Program-made: the position numbers and the translations under genes
Assembly: GCF_963506605.1 (NCBI RefSeq)
Contig: NC_083279.1
Span: 59,954,001-60,018,000 of the forward strand
Direction: 5' to 3'
Origin: Zootoca vivipara
Lineage: Eukaryota
Length of the DNA: 64,000 bases
In this document: positions 50,136 to 61,410 of the stretch, piece after piece
Numbering within the stretch: the stretch's first letter is position 1
Layout of the letters: each line of letters opens with the position of its first letter
Notes under the pieces: model-generated
The model's database searches: none
Seen by the model: only the letters and a program-made list of their open reading frames with translations
Told to the model about the DNA's origin: nothing

Positions 50136-51505
50136 CTAAGCGTCTGCTAACCAGCTAACATTCCTACTTGGACAGGTATACCCTAACTTCTGTGGTCTAT
50201 GCTCTGGCAACTTCTGGGTTAGATTACTGTGATATGTTATCACATGGTCAGAATTCACCAAGATTTGGAAAAGAGATAGTGTATGCTCATTAACTCGTAT
50301 CCTTTTGTGCTGGGGTCTTGGTTCCTGGGGGGATGGATTAATTAACTGTTCTGTCTTTCTCGATAAAAAGACAAGTTTGCAATGTAGAGGAAGATGGTCA
50401 CTAAGCATAGGATCACCTATGTAGAACTCAACCATGTAGGGCATCATTTTAGTCCACCACACTATTTCACTGCCGGGAGATATAAGTAAAATTCCCAGAG
50501 CCTTCCCAATCGGTTAGCCCATTGATCCATGTCAGGGCCCTAGTGGTGGTCAGCTTAGTGAGTTGCAGACCCGCCAGATTAATTACTGGATCCCGGGATC
50601 TACGTTCCCAAAAACAGAAGTCTGGGAGAACAGAAGTATCCAAGATCCCCCATGCTTTTGTATACCCTTCCCACCCTTGGCCTAGGTGGGCATTAAAGTC
50701 TCCAGTCAAGAAGATAGGTAAGTCAGGGCAGATGAAGTCCAGATTCTCGAGCACATGTGCAATAAATTCCCATTGTAGGTTCTTGGCTGTGACAGTGGGA
50801 GTGGGAGGGATATACACATTGATCAATAACATTTCCTAGCTCTCCAGCTCTATCTTTGTTACTAGTAATTTACGGCTAGCATTTGTCGACAGGATATGTT
50901 CACTTTTTATATGGGGAGCCATCAGGGTTAACAAGCTGGAACGTGTCCAGAGGAGGGCAACCAAATGGTCAAAGGCCTGGAAATGATGCCTTATGAGGAA
51001 CGGCTTAGGGAGCTGGGTATGTTTAGCCTGGAGAAGAGGTTAGGGGTGATATGATAGCCATGTTCAAATATATTAAAGGATGCCATATAGAGGAGGGAGA
51101 AAGGTTGTTTTCTGCTGCTCCAGAGAAGCGGACACAGAGCAATGAATTCAAACTACAGGAAAGAAGATTCCACCTCAACATTAGGAAGAACTTCCTGGCA
51201 GTAAGAGCTGTTTGACAGTGGAATTTGCTGCCAAGGTATGTTGGTGGAGTCTCCTTCTTTGGAGGTCTTTAAGCAGAGGCTTGACAGCCATCTGTCAGGA
51301 ATGCTTTGGTGGTGTTTCCTGCTTGGCAGGGGGTTGGACTGGATGACCCTTGTGGTCTCTTCCAACTCTATGATTCTATGAATTCACCTGAAGGGCTACC
51401 TTTCTTGTACCTTTTGGTTGCCGGAACTGAAAAGGCATTAAAACCTGCAAGTTTGATGTGACGTAATGACCAGGTTTCTTGTAAACAAACTTTATCATGT
51501 GCCCT
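50136..51505 (-). mobile_element. Non-LTR retrotransposon APE endonuclease region (RTE-X-like), split by CR1
   Basis: CLQETW (51470-51487), LINVYIPP, GDFNAHLG, RSRD..IN..G, NG......G.FTY.S and SDHLPL. Clade assignment is tentative. Confidence 0.8.
50931..51381 (+). mobile_element. CR1 LINE 3' fragment
   Basis: Reverse complement of ~27335-27792; ends CCAACTCTATGATTCTATGA. Confidence 0.95.
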
Positions 51506-51516
51506 TATGTTATGCA

Positions 51517-51920
51517 TGGAGCTGTCTTCGAAGACAGTTCAGAAACTGCAGCTAAGGCAGAATTTGGCAGCCAGGTTGCTCCCCAGAGCAAGATGGTTTG
51601 AGCATAAAGCACCAATACTGGCACAAGTACTGACTACCAGTTAGTTCGTGATCCCAATTCAAAGTGCTGGTTTTGATCTATAAAGCCTTTTACTGCTTAG
51701 GATTCAATACCTGAAATACTGCCTCTCTCCATATGAACCAATCCAGACTCTGTGATTGTCATCTTAGGCCCTTCTCTCTGGGTCCATCTGTGGTAGGTTC
51801 AGAGGGTTGCAACACAATAATGGACGCTTTCAATGATGGCCCCCTGCTTGCCTCATCTTTAGGCACCATTACCTATCTTTAGACTTCAGGCAAAAACATT
51901 TTTATTTTCTCCCAGGCATT
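51517..51920 (+). mobile_element. Old L2 3' fragment
   Basis: Degenerate KLQL.QN.AAR and QFKVLVLIYKA motifs. Confidence 0.7.
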
Positions 51921-52222
51921 TGGCTTTTAATTATCTGTGGCCTCCTTCAGTGGGTGGGATGGTTTAGTCCTATCTTAAAAAAAATATGAAAGCATTTAAG
52001 ATTTTTCTCTTTTTTGTTTTATGCTGGTTTTTATGTAGGTATTATTTATTTATTGTTGTAAGAGATTTTGAGTTATTTTTGTACTGTAAATGAGAATATT
52101 ATGTTTAATAAGTAATAATAAGAATAAGAATAATATTGAAAAGGTCCTCCTGATGACTTTGTGGTCAGGTATGTGGTCAGGCTCATGCAGGAGGATGAAG
52201 AGGTGTTCTGGTTGTTCTAAAC

Positions 52223-52358
52223 CAGGCATCCTCAAACTGCGGCCCTCCAGATGTTTTGGCCTACAACTCCCATGATCCCTAGCTAACAGGACCAGTGGTC
52301 AGGGAAGATGGGAATTGTAGTCCAAAACATCTGGAGGGCTGAAGTTTGGGGATGCCTG
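52223..52358. mobile_element. Hairpin hAT-type MITE
   Basis: Same core as 9764-9899; TSD TTCTAAAC/GTCTAAAC (7/8). Confidence 0.88.
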
Positions 52359-53892
52359 GTCTAAACTATTCAGGGCTTTAAATATCTTCAGTAGGTGGTC
52401 CAAGCAAGTTTGGCTTACCACATTGTACAAAGCAGGTCATTGCATTTTACCATATAAAACATTACATTTGTGATTATTAATCAGACAAAAGGTAAAAGTT
52501 GCTGGGTAAGTTGGTGGAAACTGGGAATTTCTATGCACAACCAATCAAAGGTCTCAAGGATGAGGGAACAGACGATCCACACAGCTATATTTAAGTGTAT
52601 CTTTTGCTAGCTGGGAAAGTTACTAGCACAAGAAAGTCAAGGAAACTGTACTTCCTAAGAGGGAAAGGGAAGCGATCAGATGGTATCTGATAGAAGAAAG
52701 AACAGAAACTTGGAAAATTATTAGTAAAGATGTGCTGTGTTCCTGTTTATTATTTTGAAGATTTAATGTTACAGTAACATAGGGTCAGCTTTCACTCCTA
52801 GCAAGCTTAGTGCAGGCAGGATGGAGGACAAATGCAGTCTGCGACCAGAAAGGGCTGGTCTTCCAGTTGCTCCAACTGATAAGCAAAGATGACTTGCTGC
52901 AAACTTTGACGGGGATCAGTTAAATCTCATCTGATCTTCTCTGGCCTGCTGGCAGAAGGTGACTCTTCAGATGGTTTGCCTATTTGATCCTTCTGTTAGA
53001 TCTGGGTGGGTGATAGCATGGAGCTTGACTCCTCCCTTGACATCCCTCAGGTCACTAGATCAAGATCCAGCAAAGGCTCAAGTCCTCATGTGTAGGTTTG
53101 TTATGTAGGCCTGGAGAAATCATCTGTCTTATATACTGTCAAAAGAACAACAAGTAACATACAAAAATACTGTTTAGGTTTTGTAGGTAAAGGCTAGTGA
53201 GAATTTCTTACTATATCTGAATTACAGAAAAGAAAGCAGCACAGCAATGAATGCACAGAACTAATGGTAGTTTTCATAGGCTGAGATTATGACTTTAAAA
53301 AAATCATATATAATTTAAAGTTTGCTGTGCTAAAATTCACAGAGTTAATGCAAATGAATTTCAATTTAAAGAAAAACTTTTTCTCTTAAATAGTAAAGTT
53401 GAAGTCTATCTAGTGTTTGGATCACCATCTCCCCCTCCCTTGATCTCCCTGTTGTTATTAATTGCCTTTTCAATATAAGGGTTGGAGGGGGGGGGGGAGA
53501 AAAGATGGACCATATTTTACTCATTTATTTTTTTCATATGAAGAAGATGCTTGTTCACGTTTTTACAAGCTCTATAAATATAAATTAAGATATAGAAAGA
53601 GCTATTAGAGAACAACAGTGTCCTATACATATGCTGTTGCTCATGGGACTATTTTCTGCTCAAAAGATGGTCAGTGCTGCCACACAGCAGAAAATTGCAC
53701 TCTGAGAACTCATGTAGAAGATTTCACTACTATCTGTACCTATAGCTCTTGAAGCAGCTCAGTGTATTTCAGAGTCACTCTGTCTTTCTTATGTGACATA
53801 CTTAGGACCGAATTAGATCTGTTAAAAGGCCCTATAGTGAAGAATATTACAAATGGCTATAACTTCATTTTTATATTTGCACAGAAGTAGAT

Positions 53893-54138
53893 GAAGAAGA
53901 AGAGTTTGGATTTGATATCCCGCTTTATCACTTTGAGGAGTCTCAAAGCGGCTAACATTCTCCTTTCCCTTCTTCTCCCACAACAAACACTCTGTGAGGT
54001 GGGTGGGGCTGAGAGACTTCAAAGAAGTGTGACTAGCCCAAGGTCACCCAGCAGCTGCATGTGGAGGAGCGGAGACGCGAACCCGGTTCCCCAGATTACG
54101 AGTCTACTGCTCTTAACCACTACACCACACTGGCTCTC
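53893..54138 (-). mobile_element. tRNA-CORE SINE (Squam3-type)
   Basis: Reverse complement of 21072-21325 / 45395-45626. Confidence 0.88.
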
Positions 54139-56682
54139 TGAAATTTGCAGGCACATGAAACTCATCAGAGGGGTTTAAGCCTGGTAATAGGTAAGCATAT
54201 ATGTCCAGGGATTTTCATGCAGGACACCTTTAAATTTTGGTTTCTTAAACTAAGGAAGTGTTTTTAACTCTTTTTCATATCCTGCCAGAATTGGATATGA
54301 TTTGCAAGAGTGGTCACCTCTTCTGAGGGGTTGGAGCCTGCCAAACTTCAGAACTATAGCTGCAGTGGTTCTACCAAAATGGCAAACTTTATCATTTGGT
54401 GCTGGTATAACATGAATCAGAGAGAGCAGAGTGGTGGAAGGAAAAAAGAGAGAGTATTGATGCCCAGAAAATACTGCAGACCGTATCATCTCTCCAGCAA
54501 GGACCATGTTACCCTGTTACTTCAGTGATTCAGGAAATACTCTTTACTGCATGCTATTGCTCTGATGCTTTTGCTCACATTAACCAGCAGTCTATTTGTG
54601 AATAATTGTATTTAAAATATTGTGAATAAAATCATCTGGACACTCAAATAGTCACAGTGGCATAAGACACAATCTTATTTTTGGTAGTAGTAGTTGTTGT
54701 AATAGCATATATAGTGCTGCATATCTTTTCTTTTCGTAGGCATCATTCCTTAGGAGAGATTAATACTTTCTCTTCAATGATAAAAGCCAAATGCTTGTAA
54801 CAAAGCTCAGCTTCCAAAATGTCAGGTATAATGGAAAGGGAGGCAAATGCAGGAAAGAGTGAGAGTAGATGTCATGCTGCCTTCTACATGAGTAATGCAC
54901 ACTCTGCTCTGATCCCTTGGCTCATTGACCCAGCCTAGGTGACCACCACAGCATCAGTCTTCTCTCTGGTGCTTTCTTGCACAGTGACAATGCGTCAAGG
55001 ATTACATAGTATCAGTGCTGGCTGCCAGCCTGAGAAATATGGCTTGAATTCTGAATTGCTTCAAGGCTGGCGAGGGAGTGGGAGACCCAGCACTGAAAAC
55101 CCACTTGGTAGACAAAACGGAACATAGTATCATTTGTTTACTGATACAGAAATCCCTTTACATGGGAGAAACCCATTAGGTGCAGAAAGAACACAAGCAG
55201 ATAAGCCATAGTCTAAAGTGACCCCAGAAGAAATTTCCTTGTCATTGACAATACCAGCTGTTACTGGCCTGAACTTAAAATGTTGTGCATTGTGCCAAAG
55301 ACAGCAGTCAAGCAAGGATAAGCCAGTAAATTAAATGCATGCCCATTTATACCATCTGCCACCAAAGTGTCAATTAAAAATATATATAACAGTGGCACAG
55401 CTGAAACACAACATGCATAGAAATACTATGTCAGGATGTGTCATATTGCAAAACTTGATGTGCAATGACATGAAGAAATCTGGGGCCGATTCACTATTTT
55501 TAAAATGTACATATGCATTGGAAAGGGAGCCAGACACATACAATAAACATTCATAGTATTGGGGGGTATTCAAATTGGATACACAGTATGTGAATCCGCA
55601 GCTATCAAACATTTTGTAGTCTTATCAAGATTAAACTCTATAACAATGGAAAGCTTCCTGTGAAGGGAAAGAGGAAAAGAGGTTGACGATCAGTTGTGTT
55701 AGTTGAGTGGAGAAGAAGTATGTTGCAAAGCTCTGGCCCTCCCAGGGGGTCACCTTTTGGGGTTTAGAGTCCTTTTCTCCTTCCTCTCCTCTCCCGCAAC
55801 CTTCTTTTTGAGTAGATTTTGAGGATGCATGGTGACTCCAGGGAAGAGAAGAGTGGAGAAGTGCTATGTTTTGCAAGAGGGAGTTTGTTGCCTGAGAAGA
55901 ATGACAGCATTGGCTACACAGTGATTAGAAATGTGATATAAGGGAATACAGTGATTAAAACTGTGACTATGTCCTATTCCTGAAATAATACTTCCTTCCT
56001 TCTGCCCAAGACTTTATGTATCATCATATCAAAGCAGATTCCTCCCAAATGTTCTGCTATACCTGCACACTTAATAAAATTTAGTGAAACTATTATAATA
56101 TTATCATATCCCCAATTGTGGTAGTTGGATTTCTTGGGTGTAAAACATATTCACTTCTATCACAACCCCAACAGGAATCTCTCACTCTCGCTCTCTCTTA
56201 CACACCCCCACACACGATTTGCATAGGGAGGGAACTTCCATTGGTCCCAATGGAATCTTTATTCACAATACAGACAGTAGCTTGAGAAATGATTTCATAG
56301 AATTGCAGAAGGGATCCCAAGGGTCTGGAATTGCAGCAGAGAGAAAGCATGACCACAGTGGCTGTTACTGTCATTATTTAAAAGACTCCGTAGTCTACAT
56401 GTGGCTAGTGTTTAGCATCATATGTAGTTGTGCCCTTTCAGTAGCATTGTGGGTTATGAAAACTAATGACTGACAAATTTGCCCTGATGTACAGTATATA
56501 TGCTGATAGGGTGATTCCTTGTGACATTATCACCATCTCATTCCAGTTCTAATTGGGTGAAGGAATCACATAGAACAAGTGAGTCAGAATCAAGGTAGCC
56601 ATGTAGCAGAGGCCTCCAGAGTATTATGACTACCGTACTTGCTCCATGATTGGTCAATTCCACAAATTTCCTTTCTCTAAAG

Positions 56683-56818
56683 CAGGCACCCCCAAACCCG
56701 GCCCTCCAGATGTTTTGGGACTACAATTCCCATCACCTCTGACCACTGGTCCTGTTATCTAGGGATGATGGGAGTTGTAGTCGCAAAACATCTGGAGGGC
56801 CGAGTTTGGGGGTGCCTG
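56683..56818. mobile_element. Hairpin hAT-type MITE
   Basis: Same core; TSD CTCTAAAG/CTCTGAAG (7/8). Older diverged relatives lie at ~26130-26263 and 60119-60255. Confidence 0.88.
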
Positions 56819-57586
56819 CTCTGAAGGTTACTGGAGCTGCCTCAGGTTGTGTCAATGGGAAGCAATAAACTAAGTGATAAAAAGTTTGTGACTCGAATGC
56901 AAGAGAATTCTTTCTTAAGAATCCTCAATAGCTTATGTTTAAAGAACTTCACCCATTTTATTGTACAAATTCCATTGATAGGGACTGGAGTACCATCAGG
57001 TCTTTTCTTTAAATGACTGCTTACATGCACCTATGAATTAGTGCTGGCAAGTAAAAAAAAAAAAACCATTGCAGATACCATTGTAGTGTGCAGCTAAATG
57101 AACACCACCAAAAATAGTACAAGAATGCAAGTCATTAAATTATTACTCCCAGTCTCATGATGATTATGGTTAATAGGGCAATCAAATCCTGCTGTATTGT
57201 TCTTTAACTACATGGCTGTTTAGTAGGAGGCATACATTTTCATTAAATAAAGACTTATGGTAAGAAGAATGTAATCAACATTAATGACCTGGAGTCTAAT
57301 TGAAAATGCTGCCTTAGTCACCATCCCACCCAGCTATTAAAAAAAAGACAACCATTTTCTTTAAAAACCCCTCAAATGTTTGTAGACTTATCATTTCCAC
57401 TTCTCCCACATTTCACACACCTCTCTTATACTGATTAAGTTAATCCAACTTTAAAAGTATAAAATTGTGCTGAAAAATGAGCTTGAGGATTTACTATTCT
57501 TGGGATTCATTCGTGTACGTATACTTGTACAGGACTACATTTTCCATCACTTACTGACTGGCAAATGAATGAATAATTCCCATTCA

Positions 57587-57816
57587 AAGTAAAAAAAAAA
57601 TTCCTTCAGTAGCACCTTAAAGACCAACTAAGTTTTTATTTTGGTATGAGCTTTCGTGTGCATGCATACTTCTTCAGATACACTGAAACAGAATCCACTA
57701 GACCCTTATGTATATTCAGAGGGTGGGGGTGATGGGAATGGGTGATGGGCTGATAGGAGTGGTAAACCTGTTGATGACTGTTAACGACTGTTAATGACTG
57801 CAATTGGTCTTGCTGG
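57587..57816 (-). mobile_element. Penelope pseudo-LTR fragment (second copy)
   Basis: Near identical to 1507-1612, then related but diverged. Confidence 0.88.
57644..57681 (-). ncRNA. Minimal hammerhead ribozyme, second copy (one stem II mismatch)
   Basis: Minus strand GTAT CTGAAGA A GTATG CATG CACAC GAAA GC TC ATAC. Confidence 0.8.
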
Positions 57817-58755
57817 TATATGAAGTGATATGAAAATTTGACCAAGTATCATGATTTATATTGGCTCCTTGCATGCATGCAAATCATCACTTGATGTTTC
57901 AGTCATTAAGTGACCAGCATGCATTAAAAACCACCATTATGTGAACTGCACTCCACCACTAGCTGAACTGCAGTTGGTGGGAATGAGTGAAAGGACCTTC
58001 TCTGTACCAGCAGCACCTAACTTGTGGAACTCCTTGCCCTAAGGCAATTTATCTTGTCTCTTTATTGCTGGTTTTTGGTCACCAGTTAAATACAATTTTT
58101 CTCTCTGATACTATTTCATTTTCCTCCGATTATTTTTTCTTCTGTATTCATTTTGTCATGATTCTACTGATGGGGAAATCCTGAAACACAGAAGCAAGCA
58201 ACCCCTTGGCCACATGCTTTGAGGACACTGTAGCCCTTTCCAGCCTTTGTTAATGTGAAGGGGGCTAATGGGGAAAGGGCCATTTTGGGGAATAATTGTT
58301 TTACCTATCGGGGCTTCCACACACAATTCAGAACTCTAAATTGTTCTATATTATTATCCAGGCTCTAAATTATGCACTGAGCCTGTACCTGTAGAATAGA
58401 CTTGCAACTTTAGAAGCTGTATGCCCACCTGATGATGATGGAAGAATCCACATGACTTTGGAGTTGGTGCTAAATGTTTAACCCTGCAGATCATTTTGCC
58501 CTGACTGCCCCTTTTTCGGGCAAGGAACACTTGAAGAAGACAACTGTGGTTGTACAAATTGCTATCTATTTTTTGACCACTAAATTGGCTTTGTATTTTA
58601 CAAATTGCCTAGTCGCTGAGGTACAGATAGCTTCACTCCTCCTCCGCTGGCTTACTTGGCTTCTGTACTAGCCATGGAAAAAAGAGGATCCCTATCGTGG
58701 TAGAAATCAATGCTTTAAATAGTCGGCTAAAAAGACTAATAGCCTCTTACATAAT

Positions 58756-58756
<1 letters not shown>

Positions 58757-58801
<45 letters not shown>
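58757..58801. repeat. (AGAC)n microsatellite
   Basis: Direct observation. Confidence 0.95.
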
Positions 58802-61269
58802 GGTCATAGATGGCAGGTAACTTTTTCAGGGTTATTTGGAAGGTTGCATGAAATTTTTGGTGAAGACATCTGTGTACATGGAGCATCACAAAACATATTG
58901 GAACACGAGGCAGAAAATACGAATGGTGTTGCCCAATATAGTAAAAAATAAACCAGTCATATAAATAACTAACAATTTGCAGCTCTTTAATGCTACCACG
59001 AAATCTCCTAAAATCAGGCCAAGTTTGGAATTAATGTGAACCATTAGTTAGCTATTTTTCTTTGCTAGTTACTACCAACCTCATGAATTGAACCTTCAGT
59101 GTTCTGCAGAGTTAAGATTTAAAAAGAATGTTTTGCTAAATAACTAATTTTGTTTTCCTTTAAACTTGAAATATGGCACTTATTTCTGGGATTCAAGGTA
59201 GCAGATCTCCCCCTCTGCTTGGTTTATAACTTGCAATTTAATTATATGTCAGTGCTTTTTGTTAAACAGGTTTTGTTTTCTAGGGTGAAGAGGCACAGCA
59301 GGGAGGGCAACGAAATGGAGGGACAAATTGCCAGACTTTGGCTTCTCAGCTTAGTAGGCGGGTAGCAACCTTCAGCTTTAAATATTTCTTCCAGGCATAA
59401 TATCAACAGCTTGAAAGCTCAAATACTTGAAAGTATTTCTAGTTTAGGGACTTTAGTTAGACGACAGGGATTGAAATGCCTTCACATTTCCATTTAATAA
59501 AAAAAAAGATATTAGAAGTAATATCATTCCAAGAATCAATTGTAGACATTTATTGTTTAGATAGAGGGAATTTCTTATTTTTTGGAAACATCTGTAACAG
59601 GCTTTTCTTCCCTCTTATCTGCAAGGAGGCACATGGTTCTGAATTAATACATGTGCTTCATTGGCTATGCATTCTTTAATATATAACGAAATACATTTTG
59701 TGGTGTCAAGGAAAGTATTAAATAGAACCTGTAACATAATTTACTGACTTTTGTAAAATGTGGATAGACAGGGGGAGTAATTACTTCCATAATTCTCTTT
59801 CCTTCATGTAATTTACTCCCCCCCCCATCCTTTTAATCAGAATGGTAGTAGCTTCCACTTTGCTCAGTTTAAGGCTGAAATCTTATACACCCTCATTTAG
59901 GAGTGAGTGCCACTGGATTCAGTAGGACTTACTTCTAAGTAAATATGCATAAATTTACCTGCATGTTTGTAGTATACAGTCTTCAAGGAGTCATCATAAA
60001 TAATCTTTAATAGATTTTTTGGGGGAAAACATTTTATGTATTATTTTACTGTAGACCCAAAGTGATCCCCAACCAGTGATTCAAGACAAGAGGCTGCTAA
60101 AACAGGGATCTGCTAAAACAGGGATAGCCAATGTGTTGCTCTCTGGATGTAACTGGACTACAATTCCCATCATCCCTGCCCACACTGACCTTGCTGGCAG
60201 GACTGATGGGATTTGTAGTCCAACAACTAGAGGGTACCACATTGGTTACCCTTCTGTGAAAAAGTGATGGTTTGCCCATACATGCATACACCTTCAGTGC
60301 TACCCTTGCAAACCTTTCCACATTTTGTGTTCCCCAAAACTGGGACTGGTTGCACAGAAAAGTAAATGGAGAAAAAGAATACACAAGAAGTAAAAAGGGC
60401 AAGAGTAGTCTGTTAGCCAGACCAGTCTGGCTTAGCTTGCTTCTCACTTGTTTTTTTTTTTTTTTTTGTGCACAAGGGGCAAAAAAACAGCCCAAGTTTA
60501 GCTTAACCACATCTCTATAGGAAATTTGTGTGGCATGGGCTCATGTATTAGAGAGCCAAATAAGTGGGGAAAGGATGTGTTCCAAAGCCATAGCTGATTC
60601 TTCATTGATTTCAGAGAGAGCGATGGAACCTGGAGAAAGAAATGATGTAGGATCGCAGACATTGTTACTACATCAACTGACTATGAACAAAAATTGAACA
60701 AGCATATATTACAAAGACTGTTGCTAAATTTACTCTTCAGGCTGCAAGGATAAAAGAAAGTGATATTTTATTTCATCATATTAATAGGTTATGTATATGG
60801 CCAACTTGGATAGCTGAATAGCTTGAACTGCCTTGACTGTTTTTGTAATAAAAACAAAAATAGTCAAGGATAGTTCATCAAAATATATGGCATAACTGTT
60901 TGACACAATCTTTGATTTCTCCACATGCTGCATTTTATTTTCAGTTCCTTTTTTATGCTGAAAGTGCAGTGGGGATGGCGGCTAGTCAACAGTGAACATT
61001 AATTCAGTCATTGTTGCATCAATGCTAAGAGCATCAGACTTTCTGTAATCCAAATCCCCATAAGTCCTTGCACCTCAGTTGGCTTAACATTCTAACTTAC
61101 ACATCAGTTTTTGATCTCTACAGTCAGAGGCAGTGAATACCAGTTTCTGGGAATCTCAAGTGGAGAGACTGCTGTTGCACTCAAGACAGTGGTTGGCCAC
61201 TGTGACAACCAAACGCTGAACTAGGTGAGTTTTTTGGTCCACTTGCTGAACTAGGTGACTTTTCTTAGT

Positions 61270-61410
61270 TCATAGAATCATAGAGTTGGAAGGGACCATG
61301 AGGATCATCTAATCCAACCCCCTACAATGCAGAAATATGCAGCTATCCCTTACAGGGATTGAACTTACAACCTTGGCATCATCAGCACCACACTCTAACC
61401 AACTGAACTG
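61270..61410 (-). mobile_element. Short tRNA-derived SINE with CR1 3' tail (lacertid POM/P.s.1-like)
   Basis: Minus strand: tRNA-like head AGTTCAGTTGGTTAGAG...GTTCAATCCC fused to a CR1 terminus GGGGTTGGA.TAGATGA...CCTTCCAACTCTATGATTCTATG. Confidence 0.75.
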
